A stretch of DNA of 64,000 nucleotides from Escherichia phage vB_VIPECOOM03, in sequence record OQ721911. One strand, 5' to 3'. A program made the translations under genes and the position numbers. The stretch's first letter is position 1. Each line of letters opens with the position of its first letter. Of this stretch, positions 54,494 through 63,989 are shown one piece after another. The notes under the pieces were generated by a model. It saw only the letters and a program-made list of their open reading frames with translations. It was not told the DNA's origin and did no database searches.

Positions 54494-55150
54494 ATGGCAG
54501 CACCTAGAATATCATTTTCGCCCTCTGATATTCTGTTGGGTGTTCTAGATCGCTTGTTCAAAGATAATGCTACCGGGAAAGTTCTTGCTTCCCGGGTAGC
54601 TGTCGTAATTCTTTTGTTTATAATGGCGATTGTTTGGTATAGGGGAGATAGTTTCTTTGAGTACTATAAGCAATCAAAGTATGAAACATACAGTGAAATT
54701 ATTGAAAAGGAAAGAAATGCACGCTTTGAATCTGTCGCCCTGGAACAACTCCAGATAGTTCATATATCATCTGAGGCAGACTTTAGTGCGGTGTATTCTT
54801 TCCGCCCTAAAAACTTAAACTATTTTGTTGATATTATAGCATATGAAGGAAAATTACCTTCAACAATAAGTGAAAAATCACTTGGAGGATATCCTGTTGA
54901 TAAAACTATGGATGAATATGCAGTTCATTTAAATGGACGTCATTATTATTCAAACTCAAAATTTGCTTTTTTACCAACTAAAAAGCCTACTCCCGAAATA
55001 AATTACATGTACAGTTGTCCATATTTTAATTTGGATAATATCTATGCTGGAACAATAACCATGTACTGGTATAGAAATGATCATATAAGTAATGACCGCC
55101 TTGAATCAATATGTGCTCAGGCGGCCAGAATATTAGGAAGGGCTAAATAA
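54494..55150 (+). CDS. t: Holin T
   Basis: 218 aa, MAAPRISFSPSDILLGVLDRLFKDNATGKVLASRVAVVILLFIMAIVWYRG; single TM plus large periplasmic domain as in T4 T. Confidence 0.95.
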   Translation: MAAPRISFSPSDILLGVLDRLFKDNATGKVLASRVAVVILLFIMAIVWYRGDSFFEYYKQSKYETYSEIIEKERNARFESVALEQLQIVHISSEADFSAVYSFRPKNLNYFVDIIAYEGKLPSTISEKSLGGYPVDKTMDEYAVHLNGRHYYSNSKFAFLPTKKPTPEINYMYSCPYFNLDNIYAGTITMYWYRNDHISNDRLESICAQAARILGRAK

Positions 55151-55423
55151 TTATTTGTTTGTATACATCTCTAGATATCGATATACACCCTCAAAACCCT
55201 CGTTGAATTCGTCGATGAGGGTTTTCTTATCTTCTTGAGTTAATTCAGAAACAATTTTACGGAATGAATTCTGATTTAACTTTCTACCTTCATGCGTTAC
55301 TCCAATCTCATTCAGAAATGCAATAAAATTAGCACGATTCTCAACAATATCTTCTCTGGAAAATTTAATCAAAATAGACGCAACAGTAATAATTTCACGA
55401 ACTGTATCAATATTTTTATTCAT
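55151..55423 (-). CDS. asiA: Anti-sigma-70 factor AsiA
   Basis: 90 aa, MNKNIDTVREIITVASILIKFSREDIVENRANFIAFLNEIGVTHEGRKL matches T4 AsiA. Confidence 0.93.
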   Translation of the reverse strand: MNKNIDTVREIITVASILIKFSREDIVENRANFIAFLNEIGVTHEGRKLNQNSFRKIVSELTQEDKKTLIDEFNEGFEGVYRYLEMYTNK

Positions 55424-55435
55424 TAACTATACCAC

Positions 55436-55588
55436 TCAATTAGTTGACTTTGTTATAATATCATCAGACGCTTGATTTGTAAACTGGTCTGTGGTATTTT
55501 CTTCAAAAATTTTTTCTACGAATTCCTTGAACGACTCACGTTCCTGAGCTACATTATGCTCGATTACTTTTTCAAGATTATGACTCAT
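55436..55588 (-). CDS. Small acidic hypothetical protein
   Basis: 50-aa ORF (MSHNLEKVIEHNVAQERESFKEF...), below the ORF-track cut-off; start overlaps the arn stop (ATGA). Confidence 0.35.
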   Translation of the reverse strand: MSHNLEKVIEHNVAQERESFKEFVEKIFEENTTDQFTNQASDDIITKSTN

Positions 55589-55863
55589 TCGAAATAATCT
55601 TCAATTTCATAATCAAGGACATAAATCATTATAGTTTTTAATACATCATCAATACTTTTTCCTGGAGCTGGAATTACGTAAAAATATCCCGCCTTTGAGT
55701 TATCTTTATAAGTTCCAATCAAGAAATCATTATTCCCAAGATGTAGTTCTTCAACTAATTCATTAACAATTGAGTGGTATAAATTTGGTAGAAACTTGTA
55801 TAGCTTTTCTAGAATATCAATTTTGATTGTGTATTGAACCACAGATTGAGAATCAATAATCAT
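55585..55863 (-). CDS. arn: Arn anti-restriction protein (McrBC inhibitor)
   Basis: 92 aa, MIIDSQSVVQYTIKIDILEKLYKFLPNLYHSIVNELVEELHLGNNDFL; matches T4 Arn as recalled. Confidence 0.8.
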   Translation of the reverse strand: MIIDSQSVVQYTIKIDILEKLYKFLPNLYHSIVNELVEELHLGNNDFLIGTYKDNSKAGYFYVIPAPGKSIDDVLKTIMIYVLDYEIEDYFE

Positions 55864-55946
55864 AGACCTTCCCCTTATGTTTCTGTTTGCGATTAGATTC
55901 TTTAAATGCTTTCTTCTTATCTTTGTGGACAGAAGCTTTATTAAAA

Positions 55947-56165
55947 TTATGTTTTGCGACTAAATTGTTCATAATGCTGAATTACCTCTCTTAAACATTT
56001 GCATGTGAATGAAAACTTTTTAGCTACACCACATTCAAATATATGTTCTCTTAAATCACGCGTGTCAGTATATCCCATCTCAACAATAAAATGCCGTATT
56101 AGATTTTTATCTTTATCATTGAGAGAATTAAAATAATCGGATTTTGAATTAATTTCCCTGGCCAA
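55947..56165 (-). CDS. Hypothetical protein (arn.1 position)
   Basis: 72-aa ORF with C...C-x2-C. Confidence 0.5.
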   Translation of the reverse strand: MAREINSKSDYFNSLNDKDKNLIRHFIVEMGYTDTRDLREHIFECGVAKKFSFTCKCLREVIQHYEQFSRKT

Positions 56166-56445
56166 ATTGAATAACCTTTAGTTGACGTTTTAGTTCTTTT
56201 ATCATTTCTTCGTTCATCGCAATATAAAGATCGCGTAAAGCAGGTTTTAGCATTCCATTTACTGGAGAACTAAATGGACATACATAATCTTTTCCTACGA
56301 GCTTTTTGGTGAATTCCATATCACAGAACTGAAATGCCGGTTCATTGGCATAAATTCCCCAATTAGTTGACATCATTTTATTGGCATATTCCAACGCCTG
56401 GATTTGATTCTTAATTCCATCAATTTGAAACTTTTTAATATTCAT
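56149..56445 (-). CDS. Hypothetical protein (arn.2 position)
   Basis: 98-aa ORF. Confidence 0.5.
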   Translation of the reverse strand: MNIKKFQIDGIKNQIQALEYANKMMSTNWGIYANEPAFQFCDMEFTKKLVGKDYVCPFSSPVNGMLKPALRDLYIAMNEEMIKELKRQLKVIQFGQGN

Positions 56446-56906
56446 TAGTAAAGGTCCTCAGAGTAAAGTTCTTTTTCACTACCACCGCGTTCAATACGTA
56501 CTTGTCCGGCGTAAGTTGCAATAATCATTGCTTCTTCACGTGTCCAGTAATTGCTATACTGATCAATAAACCCTTGGTCATCATCACAAACTTGCTGAGT
56601 AACTAATTGGGGTTTAACTACATCTAAAACTTCTGCCATATCTTTAGAATAATGACGAGCACCTGGAATAACAAGAGTTCGTCCATCTTTTAATTTAAAA
56701 CGGTTGGCGGCACAAACAATTCGTCGTTGATACTTTTGGTTTTCATCCCAGTATGCGGTCTGCCAACAGATTTCAGGAACTTCTTTCAGAATATCTTCTT
56801 CTGTGCATTTATAACCATGTGCTTTAAATTTTTCAACAAGACTTTCTGGAGTTTCACGAGATAAAGGAACATTCAGCATTTTTAAACGATTAATAAATGG
56901 GTTCAT
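56445..56906 (-). CDS. Hypothetical protein (arn.3 position)
   Basis: 153-aa ORF. Confidence 0.5.
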   Translation of the reverse strand: MNPFINRLKMLNVPLSRETPESLVEKFKAHGYKCTEEDILKEVPEICWQTAYWDENQKYQRRIVCAANRFKLKDGRTLVIPGARHYSKDMAEVLDVVKPQLVTQQVCDDDQGFIDQYSNYWTREEAMIIATYAGQVRIERGGSEKELYSEDLY

Positions 56907-57247
56907 TTAAACCATCCTTTAATACGCTGCCACAGAGTTTTCTGTTGAGCTTTGTTAACACCAATTGAGCGAATAACTGGCTGAGATTCCTGGAATTCTT
57001 TATAATCAGCAAGGTAAATTTCGTAAGCCGATTGAACAAAGGTACTAATCGCTGCCATGAAGTTTTTACGTACACCGCCAGGAGCTACTCCGTTAGGTAA
57101 TTCAGAATTTTCACGAATAATTAAATATAGCCCAGTTCTAACTTTAACAATAGTTCCAAGATAAGCTCCATGATACCAGATATCCCACCCCTCTTGAGTG
57201 GGTTCTGCACAACGACGAAGTTCATTAACAATTTCTAACTTGTTCAT
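56903..57247 (-). CDS. Hypothetical protein (arn.4 position)
   Basis: 114-aa ORF. Confidence 0.5.
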   Translation of the reverse strand: MNKLEIVNELRRCAEPTQEGWDIWYHGAYLGTIVKVRTGLYLIIRENSELPNGVAPGGVRKNFMAAISTFVQSAYEIYLADYKEFQESQPVIRSIGVNKAQQKTLWQRIKGWFK

Positions 57248-57257
57248 TATTTATTCC

Positions 57258-57893
57258 TCACAGTTCAGATGCTACGGTGATTACTGCTTCAATGTTTTCT
57301 GCCGAGCGTTTAATGTCAAGATACACATTGCCGTTTTTAGCGATTTTACATGACATTCCAATATCAGTAAATTTCTGAATATGGTGTTCCATCATTTTGT
57401 ATCCAAAAATTCGCATATTTCCATTGTTATTAATTTCAAAATTACGAATTCCGTGAGTGCGTTTTTCTAAAATAGCAAGATAGTTACTGCGGTAAGTTTC
57501 AACCTTTTTAAGAACAAATCCATTTTCATCTAAAAGTTTTAGCATAAGGTCTTTATCTTCTTCCATATCGGAAGTAATCTCACGAGCTTTACGAGTTGCT
57601 CGTTTTTTCAGTAGTTCAGGAGCATTTTCCTGTGCATATAAAGTTGCCGCATTTGAAATAATATCCTGAGCTTCACCAGTAATGATTAATCCATCACCAG
57701 ATTTCTCCACCAGGCCTTTTTTAATCAATACCCCAATATTACTATTAACTACTGCATTACCTAAATCTGGATGCACCTCACGAACTTCTGCGGCTGTAAT
57801 GAAATCTTTCTTAGCAATGGTAATTAAAATCGCAGCAGTTTTTTCATTCAGAACATCGTTAGAAGCTTTGATGATGTAAGTTACTTTAGACAT
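57258..57893 (-). CDS. motA: MotA activator of middle-mode transcription
   Basis: 211 aa, MSKVTYIIKASNDVLNEKTAAILITIAKKDFITAAEVREVHPDLG matches T4 MotA. Confidence 0.93.
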   Translation of the reverse strand: MSKVTYIIKASNDVLNEKTAAILITIAKKDFITAAEVREVHPDLGNAVVNSNIGVLIKKGLVEKSGDGLIITGEAQDIISNAATLYAQENAPELLKKRATRKAREITSDMEEDKDLMLKLLDENGFVLKKVETYRSNYLAILEKRTHGIRNFEINNNGNMRIFGYKMMEHHIQKFTDIGMSCKIAKNGNVYLDIKRSAENIEAVITVASEL

Positions 57894-57960
57894 TTTAATC
57901 TCCGTTTCAGTTCATTTATTTGATAGGTCTATAGTATCATGTTTAAAGCAGAAGTAAACA
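57894..57960 (-). promoter_or_regulatory. Early promoter-like element and leader for motA
   Basis: GTTTACTTCTGCTTTAAACATGATACTATAGACCTATCAAATAAATGAACTGAAACGGAGATTAAAATG; the leader is shared with the element at 58227-58310. Confidence 0.55.
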
Positions 57961-57998
57961 CTTTTTTGCACTCTTTTTCAAGAGCTCTAATAAAGTAC

Positions 57999-58226
57999 TT
58001 ACTTAATGTTCAGATTACGAACTTCGATTTCGTCTTCATGGGCAAAATCAAACTGTTTGAATTCTGTGTCACCTTTAAATTTAAAAATCATTGTGAAGAA
58101 AGTCAGAACACCAGGTTTTTCTTCACGAACTCCACAGATGTCATATTCAATACCATCTACAACCAGTTTGTTAGCAGTCAGAGCATTTTTAGCTTTAACT
58201 ATTTCGTTTTCGATTTTAAATTTCAT
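57999..58226 (-). CDS. Hypothetical protein (motA.1 position)
   Basis: 75 aa from MKFKIENEIVKAK with GGAG SD; the ORF-track extension covers the promoter. Confidence 0.5.
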   Translation of the reverse strand: MKFKIENEIVKAKNALTANKLVVDGIEYDICGVREEKPGVLTFFTMIFKFKGDTEFKQFDFAHEDEIEVRNLNIK

Positions 58227-58310
58227 TTTTTTGTATCTCCGGGTTGTTTGTTTCAGTTCATTTATTTGATAGTTGTATAGTACCATAAAGCTTTATGCTT
58301 GTAAACCGTT
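58227..58310 (-). promoter_or_regulatory. Early promoter copy 2 of 3
   Basis: TTTTCACAAAACGGTTTACA ...(14)... TGGTACTATACAACTATCAAATAAATGAACTGAAAC. Confidence 0.6.
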
Positions 58311-58335
58311 TTGTGAAAAAATTTGAAATAAAAAA

Positions 58336-58355
58336 GGGAGAGCCTCGGCTCTCCC
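58336..58355 (-). terminator. Hairpin GGGAGAGCC-GA-GGCUCUCCC plus U-run
   Basis: Perfect 9-bp stem followed by UUUUUUAUUU on the - strand. Confidence 0.6.
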
Positions 58356-58360
58356 TAAAA

Positions 58361-58510
58361 TTACTGCATGACTGTGATAACTGTCATGATAACACGTTGA
58401 ATTCCGAACGCAAGAAGACCTCCTGCTACGGCAGGAACAACACCTAAACCCGCCAGTAAAATGCCACCAGATACTAATGCAGCGCTTGTAATACCTATGA
58501 ATGGACTCAT
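58361..58510 (-). CDS. Small hydrophobic protein (52.1 position)
   Basis: 49-aa ORF MSPFIGITSAALVSGGILLAGLGVVPAVAGGLLAFGIQRV...; ATG overlaps the gene 52 stop (ATGA). Confidence 0.4.
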   Translation of the reverse strand: MSPFIGITSAALVSGGILLAGLGVVPAVAGGLLAFGIQRVIMTVITVMQ

Positions 58511-59835
58511 TTGATTTCCTCTAAATCTTTGGTGTATTCTGTAACTACATCAGTAGTTTTCCAATATTCGTTTTCTTCTTTTTTAGCTTTAGCTTCTTCA
58601 GCAAGTTTCTTTGCTTCGTCGGAAGTCATATGAAAAATATTCATTCCAACTAGTTTATCAACATAAGAAGAATACATATCAATTTTAGAAAGTTCTTCGG
58701 TCAGTTCTTTGCGAGTTTTACCTTGTACAACAATTTCACCTGAAATTACTTTCTTAATGAAATGTGCCTTGGCAAAGGCTAAACGAAATGCTGATTCAGT
58801 TTCTTTGATTTTGTTATCAATTCGTTTTTGGACATAAGTTTTACGAACTTCAACGAAGTCTTTGATTAAATCAACTACGTTATCGTAAACTTGTAGTTTT
58901 CCTTTCTCATTAATAACGGTAATATTCTGGGAACGACGCTCAATCAACCCGAAGTCTTTCATAATTTTTGCATGGCGTTCTTCTTCGTTATCGCTTAAGG
59001 AATATTCTTTACGGAATTTAACTTTGAAGCCAAAACCATGCTCACCGCAAGCATCATCCCACGTAATGAAACCTTTATCTTCAAGCGGGTCTAAGATTTT
59101 ACTCACATAAGTTTCACGATCATACTTATACGGAATCTCAGTGATATGCATTTGAGTTCGTGAAGTAAACTTGTACGTTCCACGAATTTCATATTGACCG
59201 TCAATTTCAACGACTTCACCGCGAAATTCTGGAAATTCTACCTTCGGTTTAGTTACTTTCTTTCCTTGAAGAGCTTGTAGTACAGCTTTCTTGACAGAAG
59301 AAACGCTATGAGGAAGAATGTAAGTTGCATAACCAGTTGCAATACCGGAAACACCATTAAGAAGAACGGTAGGAATAATAGGCAAATAGAAAGCAGGCGG
59401 AATGTGTTCTTTATCTTGATGTACCGGAGCATATTCAGTATCTTTATATACGCTATAGAAATTTTTACTTACACGAGCAAAAATATAACGACTTGCTGCT
59501 GCTTTTTGAACGGTACGAGAACCAAAGTTTCCTTGACCATCTAACAAAGGAAAGTTATTATTCCAAGTGTTAGCCATCAAAGCCCCCGCATCTTGTGCAG
59601 AGTTTTCACCATGATGATATCCAAGGTCAGCTACACCACCTGCAATAGAAGCAAGTTTGTGAAACTTATCTTTATTTCCTCGCGCCAAATCAAGAGCTCG
59701 AGCAATAACAAATCGTTGAACTGGCTTAAATCCATCAATCATATTTGGAATAGCACGATTTTCAACCGTGTACATAGCATAAGCCAGTGCTTCATTATCA
59801 ATGATACTTTTTAAATCGCGATTATTCAGTTGCAT
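58507..59835 (-). CDS. 52: DNA topoisomerase II medium subunit gp52
   Basis: 442 aa, MQLNNRDLKSIIDNEALAYAMYTVENRAIPNMIDGFKPVQRFV (GyrA/ParC-like N-terminal domain, active-site Tyr region). Confidence 0.95.
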   Translation of the reverse strand: MQLNNRDLKSIIDNEALAYAMYTVENRAIPNMIDGFKPVQRFVIARALDLARGNKDKFHKLASIAGGVADLGYHHGENSAQDAGALMANTWNNNFPLLDGQGNFGSRTVQKAAASRYIFARVSKNFYSVYKDTEYAPVHQDKEHIPPAFYLPIIPTVLLNGVSGIATGYATYILPHSVSSVKKAVLQALQGKKVTKPKVEFPEFRGEVVEIDGQYEIRGTYKFTSRTQMHITEIPYKYDRETYVSKILDPLEDKGFITWDDACGEHGFGFKVKFRKEYSLSDNEEERHAKIMKDFGLIERRSQNITVINEKGKLQVYDNVVDLIKDFVEVRKTYVQKRIDNKIKETESAFRLAFAKAHFIKKVISGEIVVQGKTRKELTEELSKIDMYSSYVDKLVGMNIFHMTSDEAKKLAEEAKAKKEENEYWKTTDVVTEYTKDLEEIK

Positions 59836-59839
59836 AAAT

Positions 59840-59980
59840 TTACCATACTAGTGAATGTAGTGCCATAATAACATCAGAAATGAAAAGCACGACTTGAATT
59901 AATCCGAACATTACTCCATAATATAGCGCTACCAATAAAGTAGCAAGGGCTACCGAGTAGCCCAAGATTTTCTTAATCAT
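59840..59980 (-). CDS. Small hydrophobic hypothetical protein
   Basis: 46-aa ORF MIKKILGYSVALATLLVALYYGVMFGLIQVVLF...; overlaps the ac stop. Confidence 0.35.
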   Translation of the reverse strand: MIKKILGYSVALATLLVALYYGVMFGLIQVVLFISDVIMALHSLVW

Positions 59981-60131
59981 TAGTAGATAACAACACAAAT
60001 GTTAAATATGCACACATACCCTGGGCTAAAGCTTGTGAAAACACACTGCTAGCATCAATACAGATAGTTAAAACACATGCTACTATCCAACAAATGAATG
60101 AAATAACTCCTAATAATTTTGCAATATTCAT
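59973..60131 (-). CDS. ac: Small membrane protein, probable Ac (acridine sensitivity)
   Basis: 52-aa ORF MNIAKLLGVISFICWIVACVLTICIDASSVF... in the position of T4 ac between stp and 52. Confidence 0.55.
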   Translation of the reverse strand: MNIAKLLGVISFICWIVACVLTICIDASSVFSQALAQGMCAYLTFVLLSTND

Positions 60132-60138
60132 ATTTTCC

Positions 60139-60219
60139 TCACTGGCGTCCGAAAACGCCTTTAGTTTTAAGATTGTTACGATAGAACTGCATTACATGTT
60201 CGTTATGGAAATTACTCAT
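60139..60219 (-). CDS. stp: Stp peptide (26 aa)
   Basis: [26 protein letters not shown], identical to T4 Stp as I recall it; ATG overlaps the ndd stop. Confidence 0.75.
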
Positions 60220-60674
60220 TAGTATGCCTGCAAAACAAATTTAAAGTTATCAGCCAACATACGGTTCATTTCTTCAAGCGTTTGATACTCAGAATGATGA
60301 TTACGAGTAAACGCTAAAGCTAACTGACCTTTTCCAAATCCCGTCGTCAGAGGTTTCATCTTAGAAGCAGGCAAATAAAATACTGTGTATGGAACATTGT
60401 TATTTGCAATAGTACGCGCAAGCTGAGACCGACGCTGACGAATATGACTTAGAACTGCGCTGAATCCTTGCTTAGAACGTTGATTACCTACATAAAATCG
60501 TGCAGATACACACGGACTATCAAATGGACCGCCAAATTTGCTCACTAAAAAGTAAAATCCAGGGTTAGACAAAATGTCTTTATGCGGAGTTCCAAAAACC
60601 CATTCACCGCCCTTGATTGTACCAATAACAGTTGCGCCTGCATTATTCAAATCAGTAACAGTCATATATTTCAT
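60219..60674 (-). CDS. ndd: Nucleoid disruption protein Ndd
   Basis: 151 aa, [42 protein letters not shown] matches T4 Ndd. Confidence 0.93.
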
Positions 60675-60733
60675 GTTATTTTCCTCTAATTATTTTCTAC
60701 TCCAAGGCCGCATGAATACACACGGCCGATAAA

Positions 60734-60949
60734 TTAATCGTCGCAGTCGACGCTCAATTCCCAGAACTCTTCTACAGTATAAGTTTCAGTATCATTTTCA
60801 ATACAGAAACGTTCATTACTGTTATTTGCTAAAGTAGCGTTAACTGTCATTTTCTCGCTAGTGCTTTTAAGAGGTGAAATACGAATTAACTGATCACCAT
60901 TATCTAAACAGAAAATTTCACCGACCTTTACATCTTTAAAAATTTTCAT
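60734..60949 (-). CDS. Hypothetical protein (ndd.1 position)
   Basis: 71-aa ORF. Confidence 0.45.
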   Translation of the reverse strand: MKIFKDVKVGEIFCLDNGDQLIRISPLKSTSEKMTVNATLANNSNERFCIENDTETYTVEEFWELSVDCDD

Positions 60950-61064
60950 AATTCACCTCAAGGAGTATAAAATCCAAACGCAGTTGTTGACCATCCCATC
61001 CAGTATGGGAAATTTGCACCAATGTAAAACATAAGAATATAAAACCAACCACTCAGCAAATTCA

Positions 61065-61283
61065 TCATTTTACGCCATTCCAAATTGTTTCAACCACAGA
61101 TTTCAAACCATTTTGGTGAATATCCATTCCGACAACTGCCATCAAATAAATTCCAACTACAACTGAACCCAAGGCGAAAATCAGCATGAAAATGAATAAA
61201 GCTGGAAAAATATTATCAAAAAACCATTCCATAAATGTAAAAGCACTGCGTTTACGCTTCATATTTTCCTCACATAAATCCAA
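61065..61283 (-). CDS. Hypothetical membrane protein
   Basis: 72-aa ORF with one TM-like segment. Confidence 0.45.
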   Translation of the reverse strand: MDLCEENMKRKRSAFTFMEWFFDNIFPALFIFMLIFALGSVVVGIYLMAVVGMDIHQNGLKSVVETIWNGVK

Positions 61284-61626
61284 AGTAAGCGTTTAATACA
61301 TCAATCATTAAAACGATTGGGAATATACTCAAAACTACTAGTATTATAACTACATTCCATATAGCTTTAACAATCTTTTTCATTTTCTGTTCCTCCGTAG
61401 TTGATAGGATAATAATACCACAGAGGAACAGTCTTGTAAACAACTTTTTTAAAAATATTCGTAATAAATGTGAATACCAATCACCACTGCCGAAACTTGC
61501 GCAACCCACCACGCACAAGCAATAAGTACAGAATTCAAAATTTTCATAATAACCTCATCACAAAAGTAAATGTTAAACAAATTAATGGAATACTAATTAA
61601 CCAAACAAAACACCACCATAATGAAC

Positions 61627-61899
61627 TCATAGTTCAATCTCAGCGATTTTCATTTCATTATTATTAATAGCCGCTTTAAGACTATCTGAAAGAATTACAT
61701 CCCAGTGGTCATTCATATGACCATTAACTAAGCGTGTAATTTCTTCGGGAGTTGAAAAATAAGGCGTATCAGACTCCCAATGCGATAGTCCCAAGCGAGT
61801 ATAAATCATACCTTCATCATCGCTAGAATATTCAACTGACACAAACTCATCAGTTATTTTATGTTTAGCGTAATAAAATTTAAATTTCATTTTACTCAA
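61627..61899 (-). CDS. Hypothetical protein
   Basis: 90-aa ORF. Confidence 0.5.
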   Translation of the reverse strand: MSKMKFKFYYAKHKITDEFVSVEYSSDDEGMIYTRLGLSHWESDTPYFSTPEEITRLVNGHMNDHWDVILSDSLKAAINNNEMKIAEIEL

Positions 61900-62102
61900 T
61901 AATCTGCTAAAAGATCGACGATTGCATCACGAAGACACTTATTCGCAATACGTTTAAGAGCAATTTCAGTTTCTGGAGCATTTTGAATAATCATTGAATT
62001 CAATTCAGCCTCAGCAAACTGAAGTTCTTTAACTAATTCAGCTTTATATTTTCCTTGACCTTTCTTAGCTTTTGCTCGTTTTAATTCAGCTGTAGTAAAC
62101 AT
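61896..62102 (-). CDS. Hypothetical protein
   Basis: 68 aa from the ATG preceded by GGAGAATAAA; the ORF-track start is a TTG. Confidence 0.5.
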   Translation of the reverse strand: MFTTAELKRAKAKKGQGKYKAELVKELQFAEAELNSMIIQNAPETEIALKRIANKCLRDAIVDLLADY

Positions 62103-62170
62103 TTTATTCTCCAAATCCGTATCAGTTGATAGTTGTATAGTACCACAGTCCTTGTGGTATGTAAACCGTT
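62103..62170 (-). promoter_or_regulatory. Early promoter copy 3 of 3
   Basis: TTTTCACAAAACGGTTTACATACCACAAGGACTGTGGTACTATACAACTATC. Confidence 0.6.
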
Positions 62171-62183
62171 TTGTGAAAATTTT

Positions 62184-62741
62184 TTAAATGGAAAGATACC
62201 ATCCGTTGTAGTTGCTTTTTCTTACAACTTTACGAAGGTCTTCTCTATCACCGATGAACTTCGGAGTGTACTGGATGACACCTGGATGAATTTCTTTAGT
62301 GTTGAATATAATTATACAGTCAGCGACTTGATGATTCAGAATGGGCCCTAGATTTATTCCAGAACCGTATGGATACTCTCCGCTGCATCCTGTTGTTACA
62401 GAAATCCAACGTGAGTCAGTTTGGTGTGTCTTAACTTCTACACGAAGCCCGCAATATCTTGGATGCGCCAATACATCCCATGCGTATGTATACGGGTCAT
62501 TAACATCCTCTTGGCCTTTGTTAACATACCCGCTCAGCCAATCTGCTACAAAAAACTCTGCATACACAGCGATACGGCATCTTTCAATAACTTCTGCTTT
62601 ATCTTGGTTCGGGTTTTGTTTTAGAGAGTATCTTGCTGTATCAGCAATTTTGACCTTCATTTCACTAGTCAAATCATTGTTCGATAGGGTAAATGTCGGA
62701 ATCTGAAATAGTCTCTGTAAACCCGGATTCGTTTTCTGCAT
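62184..62741 (-). CDS. denB: Endonuclease IV
   Basis: 185 aa, MQKTNPGLQRLFQIPTFTLSNNDLTSEMKVKIADTARYSLKQNP matches T4 DenB. Confidence 0.93.
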   Translation of the reverse strand: MQKTNPGLQRLFQIPTFTLSNNDLTSEMKVKIADTARYSLKQNPNQDKAEVIERCRIAVYAEFFVADWLSGYVNKGQEDVNDPYTYAWDVLAHPRYCGLRVEVKTHQTDSRWISVTTGCSGEYPYGSGINLGPILNHQVADCIIIFNTKEIHPGVIQYTPKFIGDREDLRKVVRKSNYNGWYLSI

Positions 62742-62809
62742 TAAACTTTCCTTTTACGTCGGAATCACTGATGTTAATATAATAAATCATAGTTTCCCTT
62801 AAAACAAAA

Positions 62810-62821
62810 GGGCCGAAGCCC
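62810..62821 (-). terminator. Hairpin GGGC-UUCG-GCCC
   Basis: Stem-loop downstream of the 64-aa ORF. Confidence 0.45.
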
Positions 62822-62827
62822 TTTACT

Positions 62828-63022
62828 TTATTTGAATTGTGCAATTCTTTTCTCTAAACAATCTGCGTAAGATTTCATTGAAATAAACTGCGAAAGCAGT
62901 AATTCTTGCTCAACTTCATTAATCGTTAGAAACTTTGTGCTTTCTAAAAATTTGCTCAATGCATTAATTTTGAGCATTAATTGATCGTATTCTTCTTTTA
63001 CTCGTGCTTGATAACCTAACAT
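62828..63022 (-). CDS. Hypothetical protein
   Basis: 64-aa ORF flanked on both sides by the same GGGCUUCGGCCC hairpin. Confidence 0.5.
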   Translation of the reverse strand: MLGYQARVKEEYDQLMLKINALSKFLESTKFLTINEVEQELLLSQFISMKSYADCLEKRIAQFK

Positions 63023-63038
63023 AATTTTCCTTAGTTAA

Positions 63039-63050
63039 GGGCCGAAGCCC
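63039..63050 (-). terminator. Hairpin GGGC-UUCG-GCCC after rIIB
   Basis: Identical to the hairpin at 62810-62821. Confidence 0.45.
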
Positions 63051-63989
63051 TTATTTAAATTGTTCAGTAACGTCTTCAACTACTTCGTATTGGCAGGTAC
63101 GCATTTTAGCATCGTTGTAATCAATCGGAATTGATACTACATCGCGAGGATGTACTTTAACTTTTACAACTCGGCTGGTTGAACTGCCAAAGTGACGAAT
63201 ATAAGATTTAGAACACACATGCAGACCACGAGAACAAGTTTGTGTATCATCGTCATTCACACGAGTACGTGGCATTTTAACTACTTTACCAGGACTGTTA
63301 TCAAAAGTATTTGAATGACAGTCAAAGTAATTGCTGCGAACTACTTTCCAAGCATAGAAGTAACCATCTTCTGTAATTTCAATATCGTTTGCTACCAAGA
63401 AATCAAAGAGTCGAGATACCGCTTTTTGGCTTGGGTTTTCCAACAGATTTTCCAAGAACGGAAAATAAAATTCAAAGTTTTCGCCTTTTTCCATCGAATC
63501 GAGAATACGATCAACTAAACCAGACCGCAATTCAATATTTTGATAGAACAAGCTTCCACCTTCAATTCGAACATCACCGGAAATATATTTTTCAACAGCG
63601 CGACGAACGTTAATTTTTTGCGCCGCTTCTTCCAATTTATCTGTAACAAGCAGATTAAGAATTTCCTGGAAGTTTGAATGAGTATTAGGAGTTGCGTTAT
63701 AAGTTACACCATCAACAGTAATTGAAATGAATTTTTTAGATGCATTCCAAATAATGTCAGATTTAGCAACTGGAGCAATAACTGCATCGCTATTAACTTT
63801 AACTGTAATATCACCGCTAATAGTAACTTTAGAGCGCTCAGCTTCTTCAGCATTTTTCAAAACACGACGGATTGTGTCAACCGATACACCTTGCCAATCA
63901 GCCAATTCCTGTTGGGTATAATTACCACTTGAATACAGTTTGACGATTTCAGCTTGTTCGTTTTTGGTCAGGCATTTAATATTGTACAT
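63051..63989 (-). CDS. rIIB: rIIB protein
   Basis: 312 aa, MYNIKCLTKNEQAEIVKLYSSGNYTQQELADWQGVSVDTIRRVL; start codon 11 nt from the window end. Confidence 0.93.
   Translation of the reverse strand: MYNIKCLTKNEQAEIVKLYSSGNYTQQELADWQGVSVDTIRRVLKNAEEAERSKVTISGDITVKVNSDAVIAPVAKSDIIWNASKKFISITVDGVTYNATPNTHSNFQEILNLLVTDKLEEAAQKINVRRAVEKYISGDVRIEGGSLFYQNIELRSGLVDRILDSMEKGENFEFYFPFLENLLENPSQKAVSRLFDFLVANDIEITEDGYFYAWKVVRSNYFDCHSNTFDNSPGKVVKMPRTRVNDDDTQTCSRGLHVCSKSYIRHFGSSTSRVVKVKVHPRDVVSIPIDYNDAKMRTCQYEVVEDVTEQFK

Noticed and set aside
61270-61626. 82-aa and shorter hydrophobic ORFs in the ndd-denB interval
   Set aside because: Likely genuine small membrane ORFs, but the long versions depend on upstream non-ATG starts and I could not fix start sites with confidence, so they are not listed as features
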